Assembly (NCBI GenBank): GCA_964187785.1 | Contig: OZ076409.1 | Span: 20,834,001-20,898,000, forward strand | Reading direction: 5' to 3' | From: Amphiscolops sp. MND2022 | Taxonomy: Eukaryota | DNA: 64,000 nucleotides | Position numbers and translations under genes: made by a program | The notes under the pieces: model-generated | Database searches by the model: none | What the model was told of the DNA's origin: nothing | The model's input: the letters and a program-made list of their open reading frames with translations, nothing else | Shown: positions 39,401 to 51,400 of the stretch, one piece after another | How positions within the stretch are numbered: position 1 is the first letter of the stretch | Layout of the letters: each line of letters begins with the position of its first letter

Positions 39401-42400
39401 TGTGAAATATTTTGAGGGTTCTGTTTCAACTGACTTTATAACGAGGGTTCTCGTTCAAATTGTTTCGCGACTGTTCCAGGTTCGCGTAGCTTACAATTAT
39501 AAATACGAAGATGAGGCAGAAGCTACTTGTTACCGGGCAGAAAACGCTTACTGGCAATACGACGTACAAACTTACGTGTTTCCTTTCATCATGTCTAAAC
39601 GTCTGGCTTGCTATAACTACGACAGTGGCACCAGCGTTTCATTTGCCGTTTCTGGAATCTTCCTTACCAGAGACCAGTTTGACGGCAAAACTTTTTCATT
39701 TTTCAAAGATTGTTTCTCTAAAGAAATCACCTGTTACTTTCTTGACGAAGGCGGCTTTATCGTAAGAGCCAACTTGGAAACCAGACCACCGGTACCTGAA
39801 GAGCTCCAGAACAAATTCGCAATTGGAGCTAATCTATACAGCAAAGATCCTTGTCTTATGAGACAACTTGTTCACGATGGTATTTACAAACAAGTACAGG
39901 TTGTCAAACCCATGTGTTCATGTCAACCCAACGAGTTGTTCAACGAATCCAGTTGTGAAGTCCTGTCCAACATGGTTAAAACTTTTCTGGCTACTTTTTG
40001 GATGCTTCTGCAAAGTTTGGCACAAGTGGCTGTTCCTTCTTTCACTCATTTATGTTCACTGTTTTTTGCACCCTCGTTCGTGGAGCCCCTAGAAAAAGGG
40101 CCCTCTGAGACCCATATGTGTCAAAGGCAGCGTTTTTTTCAGTTTTTTTCGCTCATATTTTATATATGTGATAGCAGTAATTTGATTTCTCAGCCGCGTT
40201 TTTTTTACAAAGTTAGCTATACTCTGATTTTAGACTCGAGAAGTATCTTGCCTCATAGAATTAAACGAAAAGAAATATGTATCGTAACAGATTTTTAAAG
40301 GAGTTCTAAAAGATAATTAACGAAATTTTATTCATTTTTGCGCAAATGTGAATTGTTTTTCGAATCCTAAATCGTATGCTCGATCAATTCAGGACGGAAT
40401 GTATCGCAGTGATTACCAAGTTCATTATGCACAGAGTGACTAAAATGTAAGTGCCATTCGCTTAAAATTTTTTGGTTAATTGCTGTTACGACTACCTAAC
40501 GGAGCGTTATTTTGGGTAGTCGTTCTAGTTTTTATGGATGTTGATGTAGGTGCAATGAATATATTCTCAGGCTTTTCTGACTTCGGGTTTTCATATTTGA
40601 GTTGAGACAAGGAGTTTGAAAGAATTTGAATTTCCAAAAGAAAATCGTTTTATTAACGGTGTATAACAGTTCAACAATGATCACTATTAACTAACTGATT
40701 CAATTTTCAAAACCAACATATTTATACTTTCCTAGCATCATTTGTTCCTCACCTAAAAATTCCTAGGTATCAAAAAAATCGGGTTTGTTCACACAAAAAC
40801 CCAGTTGATTCATATTATTTCAGTCCCGCGTCACAAAATCAGGTATCAAAAATCCTAGTTGCGTCGCCCTTCCGTAACAATTGTTGAAATCATTTTTGTT
40901 CATACGATACACTTCCTGATTGACTGTCAAAATGGCGGGAAAATGAGAGCCTGCTTGATATTTTCATCGACGGAGGCACGCCGGCGTGATCAATATGTCA
41001 ATTTCCAAGTTGGAAATTCAAGTGCTCAAGACAAAAGTATGACAAGCAAAAATGACGACGTAACTAAGACGGAGTATATACTTTTGAGAGCGGAAACATT
41101 TGAATACTGATGAAAAGGAACAAATGATGCAGGAATAACCGTTTCCAGTTATTGCCAGTATTATAAGCACGAACATAAAACAACGTAAATATATCTAAGC
41201 TAAACATACAATCACATAAAAACTAAAACAACGGAGACCTTTCGGTCAACAAACTCCACACTTTGAAAAATGCTAATCAGAACAACATCGGTTAATAACA
41301 TAAACACGTTATTACTTCGATTGACAGTTTCGATTCAATAGTATGAATGCAGAACACTCAATGAAAACACTGGTATGAAGTTCATCTGAAAGGAAGATCC
41401 ATTCATATGACGTTGTCCTTACGTTGCATTCTGTTCACAAAAATTTTTCAATCATCAATTCTAGAGGAAATTTCATACTAAATTTTGTTCAGTTCCCTAA
41501 TTTTGTAACTACAATTGTAAACTTGCTCCGTACTGGCTCCGTACGTATTAAGATTTGGTATAGCTTTGCAAGCTTACAATTCACTCCGTAGTCGCTCCGT
41601 ACGTATTAAGATTAGGCATAGCTGTAATTTGCTCCGTAACTGCTCCGTACGTATTAAAATTAGGCATAGCTGAGCGGTGGTTTACGGAGGTATTACGGCA
41701 AGCTCAAAAATCATTCCAATTCTCGTACTAATGACGTCACAAAAATCATTCCAAATAACAACGCATTGCTAGCATAGCGTTCTTGATGACGTCACAAAAA
41801 TCATTCTAATTAGTTCATCAAAGCAAAATTAATTGTAATCGCATTCAAAGCGATAACAGCCGGGAGCGGTCTGTGACATTTGCAATGTATCTATCATTGA
41901 TATCAAGCTTCTTTGAATATGTAAATCGCAAAATAGTTCGGATACAACACCAAAATATACTTCGGATATAACGTCAAAAATTTTCATAGTGTTCAAAAAT
42001 TTATTGGTGGGTATACATTGCGAAAACCTAGTATCAGACAAAAAATGAGAATAATGAAGAGTCTCATAGTCCAAAAAAAGTAAAAGAGACCCTTTGCAAT
42101 TTTTTAACATCCATTCTTTTGCAAAATATCAAAAAAATGGAAAGGACCTGTTGGAGACGTAAAAAAATTTGAAAAAAGTCTCGCATTGTCGAAACATCGT
42201 AAGGTGGATCCTTTAGTCTTGTCCCGCTTTGTCGCGCTTGGCTTCGAGCAGAAACGTTCAATGATCTGCAGAATATGCGAAAATTTGTGTATAATCATGT
42301 CTTCATAAATAAACTACATCATAAACTTATCATGTCTCAGATAAGGAAATTCTGATGAACTAAACAGATAAATGGAAAAACTTTTGAGAAGAATAAAAAA

Positions 42401-45400
42401 TATATTTTTGGCAGAAACCCGAAGTCGTCATACTTCATGACGGAAACTTAGATGGTGAAAAAAACCAGACCACATTCTTGCCATACTTTCTGGGGGAGAA
42501 TATTTTCCGTATCTATTTTCATTTCTGAGAAATGTCAGCACTACAAATTGGAAATATTCAGATATTTTTAAATCTCTTTATTTGCGAACGAAAAAAATCG
42601 ACGCCAGTTAGCCCACAGAGCCAAATTAAGAATTGTACAAATTAAGAAACCATGGACTCCGCATTTGGTCGCGGTTCTGAGATATAGGGGATCGATAAAG
42701 GAAAACACTCAAAAATTGCGTTTTTAAAAAAACTTCTGTGCAAAAACATGACCATATGGGCATCTCGCAAAGCTCGAAGCCCCAAAACGGAAAAGAAGGA
42801 CCCTTTGCACTAGTTTAGATGCATTTCCGAAGTTTTCGTTTAGCTGAACAAACTGAACAAGAAATATAGAAATTTGTCGCATTCGCATCTGTCTTGAAGA
42901 AAAATTGAAAAATTAAAAAAGCTATATTTTGTTTTCAGCTATTGGCAGCATTCCCTATTACTCAAAAAAGTTTATGAAAGTCTTTATTGTCTGCCACGTA
43001 TAGTGTACTGAAGTTTCTTACGTGGTTTTCCGTTTGATCATTCCATTGATGCAACAAATTTGGAGGTATCAAATCATTCGCTTTTAACCAGTTGTAACAT
43101 TTATTTAAAGCATTTTTAAAACTTTTTTTCCTGCATCACAGTCCAATGGGTGGTTGCTGGTAAACGACTTTTTGGTTTTCGCCTCGTGTTAAAATCAAAA
43201 TTTATGTTGCAAGTACATCTAGAGTTCCTTGTTGAAGAAAAATATCTGTTTCGTGTGAAACAAATTCAAAACTTTCAAGTAACAGTTAACAAAAATTGAG
43301 AACTTTTTATTGAATCAATTTTTCAATTAATTGTTGATTGACGTGTTTGTTTCTCCGAAGAGAGCTAGCTATTCATCTTCTTTTTTTAAAAAAACGCTGT
43401 CAAAACATGGGTTACAGGAAAGTGATCAAGTTCCACTTCGGGGACAAGATATCTACCAAAGGGGTCCAGACTAACTGCTCTTCCACGTGTGCTTGTGTCA
43501 GCTTCAAGCAGGGACGTGTTCAGATCTAGATAGTTTTTAGATCAATCTAGATCAATCTAGAAATCAATCGTTTCAGGTCTAGATCTAATCTAATTCAGAT
43601 CTAGATCAATCCAATTCCCTGATTTGCTACAATCCTTATCGACACTTGTGACAATATATGTCAATTTAGTCCTAAACAGAGCAGCTATTTGGAATCGAGT
43701 TTGTTTTGTTTTTAGGTATTACCAGTGAACGGGGATCGAACCCTTCGTAGTTCCGTGTTTTTGCGTCAATCCACCTTATTGAATAAGGTGCTCTGCTTTT
43801 TCCCTTCCCCACATGTTTTGAAAAATAAATTTACCCTAGACAAGTTTATTAGATTTTTTTGTAATTCCTGTAACTAATATTCCATTTAATGCGATGACGT
43901 ACTTGTCAAACTTTGTAGAAATATTGAAAAATAATAGAAAATTTACAGCTGATTGAGTTAATTTATGTAACGTTACATAAATTAACTCAATCAGCTCTAA
44001 ATTTTCTATCATTTTTCAATATTTCTACAAAGTTTGACAAGTATGGGTGTCGCAGGCGGCCGCCTGCGATGGCAATTGGTATTCAGTGGCCTTCGGTTAC
44101 GACAGAGTGTTGCCAGGAACGACCCCCCTCAACTAAAGAAGATCAAGAGAGTGGACGCGACAATCGGGCTCAGAAATCAAAGTAAAACAAGATCGAAACT
44201 TTTACAAAAAAAACTATTTTGTGCTATTATTTTCAAACATGTAACTATATCTGTTTAGTGGTTGTGTTATATTAGTTACTTTTCAACATGTAAAATTGAT
44301 CAAATACATTAATAATTGGACACCAAGGCGTACAGGTAGAGGAAATGAGTTCAAATGTTTCCTCTCCTGTCGCTGAGGACGGCCAGTCCGATTATTAATT
44401 TGACCAATCACAGCGCAGTAGTTGATTAATTCATTCATTCTAGTATGGCGCAGTTTTGTATAATCGCCGTACTCGGCCTTTGTTTGTCTGTTTATTCAAG
44501 AGAGATTAAAGGACTGCTAGTCCAACTTGCCAAGCATCGCCTTTAATGCATCAATATATTGGTCCCTTCATGTCGAATTGGACAGTGAGGACGTAAATCT
44601 TTGGCGCTAACAAAGGTACAAGTATATTCATGAAGTGTTGCTATTTCATATTCCCTGGACTTACAGGGCTAATTACCATGCAATTTGTTAGTTGACATGA
44701 AAGGTTAAATATACATGTAAAATATGTAGCGTTGCGTTATTGTTATGTTGAGGAGGTTGCGTCCACATGAACAACTTAAGCCGCCAAGCTTTGATGTCTA
44801 TTTTTAGACCATGATGTTATAACGTGATGCTATTTATAACTTAGTGACTCTAAAAAAAGTCCCATGATGCTCTAAAGTTGAGCTGTCACCCTACCAAGGG
44901 TATATAAACAAGGTACTCGTGGTCCTGTGGACACAATTTTGAGAACCTTCACCGAAAGCAGTATTTTATCCTTTATACACTGTGAACAAGTACTATCAAC
45001 TTTTTGTTGGTAAAGTTTATTGGGATAATTCAAATATTTGCCCAATAGAAACATTTATGCCTTCCACAAGAAGACAGAAAGCTAAAGCTAGGATATCGAG
45101 AGAGTTAGACATGATGTCTGATATAGACAACCTAGACATAATGCTGGGGAATTCAGGAGAAATTTCTATAGAAAGAGAGCTAGCAGATGCAAATGAACAA
45201 TCCTCTGTTCAAGGTGACTACGACGCAAGTGAGTACCGAGGGAACAATTATAGTTTCACACAAGGAAATGAGCCAATTAGACAAAATGAAGTGAGACAAC
45301 CTTTTGAGACTTTTACGAATGAGTTCAATCTTAGATTGTCTCAAGAAATGGATTCCATGATGTCCATTGTCCACAATCAGATAAACAGAGCGATTAGCAC

Positions 45401-48400
45401 TGCTATATCAGAAAGAGTCATTTCAGAGATTCAAAACATTGTTAGCTCAATGTCGTCTTCGGGAAATAGGGACACTGAGGCTAGTATGTCCCCAAGTAGT
45501 CAGGAGAACAAGGAAAACTCATCCGGCTTAAAAACGAAAATAGTGAAAAAGGACTCACGGTCCGTCGGTGATTTGAAAGACACCGCGGGAAGTGGTCACT
45601 ACATGGTGACGGGAGCTAACGAAGCCCAACGGCAGATCCCTGAATTTCTGACTGGACGAATTCACTCAATCCCAAAACTGGAGAGACAACAATCTAACCC
45701 CAATTTCTCTCTGGGCACCACTCTGCCAGCCCCAGTACAAGAGGATCCTGAAACACCCCAGGATCCCCTGCATAGATTGGCCGATGTATTGGTCAACTTG
45801 CAAAATAAACCACAAACGATGACAATACGACCAGTCCAAACCACACCAATGACGTTTGATGGAAAGAGCGAGAAATTCGAACTTTTCGAGGACTTGTTCC
45901 ATACAATGATCAAAATGCAACCCATCATGACAGAGCAAATGAAAATTATTCATTTCCATTCCTTACTCAGGAAAGGGGCTCTGCAGACATTTAGGAACAT
46001 AAACTCGATAAACCGCCAAACGCTTGAGGACGTGCTGGTCATATTCCGGAGGAAATACGTAAAACCGCAATCACAAGCCACGGCAAAACACAAATGGCAT
46101 CGGCTCACTTTTGACCCAAATACCATGAAATTGCCAGACTTCTTACAAGAACTGAACCAGGGCGCAGAAAAAGCCTTTGGTGACAATGCAAAAAGCATGA
46201 TTGACAGCCTGTTGTACGCAAAATTACCAACGAAACTGAAACGATCTGTCAACATGGCCCGTTTAGAGAACGGGACCTACGAAGAGATAGTAGCTCATCT
46301 TGAAAGAAAGCTTGAGCTCAATGCACTAGAAGATTCAGACGACTTACCAATGGCCACCATGGCCTCAGCATCTACCAGTAATAACAATTTGCTGTCCAAT
46401 GGTATAAACACCAATAAGGACGCACAATGCTCTTATTGCAAAGACACAGGCCACTATTATAAGAGCTGCCCCAAACTGAAAAAGAAAAAATAGATGGAGG
46501 ACAAGAATGGCGAAAAACCACAACGTCCGACGTACCCGCCATGTGATACATGTGGGAAAAAGAATCACGCCACAGAACGGTTTTGGCAGGGCGCTGGAGC
46601 ACATCTACGACCCAAGAGGAACAAAGAAAACGATAAAACCAATGATGATTCCAATGAGGACAAAAACCCAAAAAGTCCAACAATAGTGAAACATCAACTT
46701 CAGGCCAATCATTTTCCAAAAAGCCTGAATCAAAAAACTGATTTCGCCACGACTCCAAATAAATGACTACATGTCAGTCCGACAATATGTCATTTCAGAT
46801 CCTCCAATAATAAAATTTCGACAGAATATTAACGACACCAATGGCATCCCGTCTGTTGTCTGGCAGAAACAGATGGAGAAAGCATACATCAAGACCTACA
46901 AAGTAGTACATAATGATCGACCAGACCGTTACTACGACAGAGACTACGCTAAAGACTTCGAGACTCAATTCCGACCCTTACAATTAATTGAAGATTACGA
47001 CCCTCAATATATTGACCCCGAGTACGGAAAAGATCCATACTGGGACGACGATTTATACGATAGACAATCGTTACAATTCTGCCATGATGATTACCCCCCA
47101 ACGGATGATGAGGAAGACCCTGAGATTCCTAATACAAAACTGTCCAGGGCCCTCATAGAACTGTGGCAGACGAAAACTGAAGCACTCCATCAAGAAAACG
47201 CGGAGGAATACCTAGACCAACAAACATATGAATTCGAACCGTCTCTTTTAGACGGAACAGCCTTCTCAAACGTTCTGGTCATAAAGGAAGGAGAACCGGC
47301 GTATAAAGCTCTCTCCACCAACTTGGGCCTTAAATTCAAGAGACGGATGCTGTATTTCCCAATGGATTTCGGAGAACTACCCCTGGACGGCCCGATAGAC
47401 ACTGGGGCCCACTCCAGTGCAATACCGGAAGCAGACTTCAGGAAAATTCGCCTACTGGCACCACAATCCATAGTAAAAGAGTGTCCTGCTCCTTCATTCC
47501 AAATAATGGTCGCAAACGGAGACTTAGAAACTCCGAAAAGCACCGTCGAATTAAAATTCGAAGTGGGAGACATTGAATTCCATGAAATTTTCATAGTGAT
47601 GGAAAAACTGTCTAGCCCCATCATTGGACTGATGTTTCTTCAAAGGAACCACACCGTGCTGGACATGCGCCAAGGTATCCTCAACTTCCCCTACTTTTCG
47701 ATGCAACTAAAAACGGCTGACCACAAATACTCAAATGTGATGGAACCCATCTTCAATCCCGAGGACGTCACAATTCCTCCAAACGATCTTGCGGTCATCT
47801 CGATACAGTCCCAAGTTTATGCTGAAAATGCGGTAACAGGAATATTGCAACCCAGTGATCTACTACATGAAGAAGGAGACGTCACTTTTTGCGCCGCAAT
47901 AGTCACACTACACGAAGGGACTATGAGAATGCATGTCAACAACTTTACAGACCAACCCTACAAAATCAAGAAAGGGTTGCATTTTGCAAACTTTTCGGTG
48001 ATGACTCCCGAGCAGATGAAACATGACAGACCAATAGACCCAGTGTCCACTTGGCATTTACTGAACGAAAATGAAGAAGATGCTGTTTACTACATCATTA
48101 GCCTTCTTAAAGCCAACAGAAATAACGACCAACATGAACAATATTGGTTCCCGACGCCTGAGAACCCAGGAGACGAAGCGTCACATACTCCCATACAGCA
48201 AAGAATTCTCAGGGAACTACGAAGCTTGGAGGAAATCGAAACACTTAACCCCCAGGACAATGAGGAATCTAGACGCAAATTCCTTAGCAATTTTGACTGG
48301 AAGGACTCAATGCTGCAACAACCTGAAATAAAGCAAATAGAAACTCTTTTGATGGAATTCCATGACATTTTCGCTCGCCATAGATTTGATATTGGCGAAA

Positions 48401-51400
48401 ATGAGGAGTTTACAGTCAAATTGACCCCCAAGGATGAATCACCCGCCTATAGCCAGAGCTTGCCTACTCCAATAAATCTTAAAGAAGACATATTGGTTGA
48501 ACTGGCATTACTTCATAAATATGGTATTATAACGACATTACCGTTCTCAAAGTATGCCAGTCCCATTTTGGCGCAGAAAAAACCCAATGGCAAATTGCGA
48601 CTATTAGTTGATCTGAGGATAATTAATAATCTTATTTCAGACGATTATATCAACAACAATCACCCAGTCAGTACTCTAACGGATGCAGCGCAACACATGG
48701 CCGAGAAAAAATTTTTGTGCAAACTTGACTGTTCGCAAGCCTATCACTGTCTTCCTATGGCAGACCAGCGGTCCATCGAAATGCTGGCCTTTAACTTTGC
48801 TAGCAGAACCTTTGCCTATCGAAGACTGGCACAAGGACTCAGTCGAGCCCTTTCGGCCTTCTCCAACTTCATGCGAGAATATTTGGACCGAGTCATTAAA
48901 GCTGATCAATGCGCTCAATATGTGGACGATATCGGCATTGCAGCCAAGGACGCCAATCATCTGATCGCAAATCTCAGGGCTACCTTTGAATGTATCAGAG
49001 AAGCGGGTTCGATATTATCCATGCACAAGTGCCACTTTGGCACTACCGAAATCGACTTTCTTGCGAAAACCATTACCCCTGAGGGAGTAAAACCCCAAAA
49101 GGAGCGAATCACTAACTTCTTAGAAAAAACTAAATTTCCCAAGTCCAAGAAAGCCTTACACTGTTATCTCGGTTTTCTCAACAACTACAGGAACTATATA
49201 CCAAGATTATCCGAGAAACTAGTCCCATTTTTTCAATTGCTCAAAAAGTACCAGAAGGTCCTGGTAACCACAGAATTAGTTGAGCAATTCAACGAAATTA
49301 ATAGAGACTTAGACAAATGCAGCCAATTGGCGCTGAAACAACCCCTGCCGAACAAACAACTAGTCCTTATGACTGACGCAAGCTTTACGGCAGCCGGTTA
49401 CGCCATATTGACTGAAGATGACCCTAATCAGAAATTCACATCTGTCAAAAAGTCCTATGCGCCCATTGCATATGGATCAAAAACTTTTACTCCTTCTCAG
49501 CTCAAAATGTCGATATATGCAAAGGAGTTTCTAGCCATATATTACGCATTTAAGGAGTTTGGACATATTTTCTGGGGAACACCACAACCAGTAATTATCC
49601 TCACAGATAATAAATCGGTCACGAGGTTCTTCCAGACCAAGATCATACCACCGCCACTCTGGAATGCTTGTGATTTTGTAATTCAATTCAACTTCATCAT
49701 AGCTCATATTCCAGGCAAAAACAACACAGCGGCGGACTACTTGTCCCGTATGGAAATGGACCCTACTGAAAAGCTAGTCCTGAAAATACCAGAGGATGTT
49801 GAAACTCGACCGATCGAAGTCAATGTCCAATCCGCCGGAGTCTCTGAAGAAGAACAGGTCTTCTTTACCGAAGAAGACAGCGAAACCGAAGAACAGATTT
49901 GGGAAAGAAAACAGCAATCCAGAAAGGGACTCATGGTCCCTGAGACAGTGATTCAAATTGATTCCATTTCAGAAAATACGGTAGAGGAAATCACCAATTT
50001 CACCCAAAAACTGAGAAGAACGAATCAGATACTGCTCGAGCAATCCAAGGACCCAATTTTGCTCCAATTGAAGGCAGAAATTCAGAAAGAAGAATACTCT
50101 GAAGAAATCCTTCAACAGGACATTCGGTACAAATATTATTTGATCAATATCGACCGAATAGTCCTCAAGGACGAAATAGTGACACGACAGTATTATGATG
50201 AAACGGGACAAATCAAACATCACCAGATATTATTACCAAAACATCTAGTTCGAGAATTATTACAAGCAATACATGGCACGGCACATCGACACCCAGGAAT
50301 TTCCAAAATGCTACAGGAGATTCGCCAAAAGTACTACTACCCTGGAATCGCTAAACATGTCAAAAAAATGGGTAGATGGCTGTGAAATATGTGCCAGGGA
50401 CAAACGGGTCCCTAATACGTTAATTACCCCGGAAATACTGAATTTGCCTGAATGGGACCTTGGGCCAGAAGATGCCATGCAAATTGAGCTGTTACCAAAT
50501 TTACCAACTAGTTGCGGATACCAGACAGTAATGACAGCAATAGATGTGTTTTCCAGATATCTATTTGCCTACCCGCTAATTGAGGCAACAGCCCCAAATG
50601 TGGCCAAGGTGACAATTGATATAAAGACAAAACACTCATATTTGCCGACAACCCTCATCACAGACAAGGGGTCCGCATTTACTTCAACAATTTTAGCGGA
50701 AATCACTGCAATTTTGGGCAACTACAAAGCATCCGCAAACTATTGGCAAACTTGAAAGGACACACGCCTCCTTGAAGACCAATCTGAAGATGGCCTCAGG
50801 GGAATATCGACGCCAATGGCACAAGTGTTTGCCATTAGCTGTGCTCAACTATAACACTACTTATCACTCTAGTATTGGATGTGAGCCAAGCAAAGTTTTC
50901 CATGGCCGAATTCCCTACAATGTCCTTGACCACAAACTAGGAAACAATCCTAATAAAAACATCCTACCAACAACTGACTTCGGGGAAGAGTCACAGCAGA
51001 GAACAAAAATCCTCATTGATCAAACGAAAAAGAATATCATGCAGTCGTATTTAAAGTACAAAGAGTATTCGACCGCAAGGCCAAGGCGACTCCACTACAG
51101 GAGAAAGACTACTGTTTTGTCCTTCAACCGAAAGCGGATAGTCAAGGCTCCAAAATACCATTTAGGGACTTCCGATGGATTGGTCTTTTTATTGTTCAAA
51201 AAGTCTTGCTAAACAACAATTACATAGTGCGTCGTCTAAATACGAACAAAACGCAGATCTTACATCGTATTAGACTCAAAAAATTTGTCCCAAATACCCC
51301 ATTGGAGGACAAATATACGCTAGAAAAATCACAACCGGACGACAAAATAATATTACTGCAAGACGATCTGTATACTATTGCATGGGAAGCCGACTTTGAG

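Noticed and set aside
39402..40298. Stand-alone 298-aa gene
   Set aside because: It is exon 14 of the alpha2delta-like gene with intronic read-through at both ends.
41517..41810. CRISPR-like array
   Set aside because: Eukaryotic intron, no unique spacers of regular length and no cas genes; it is a minisatellite.
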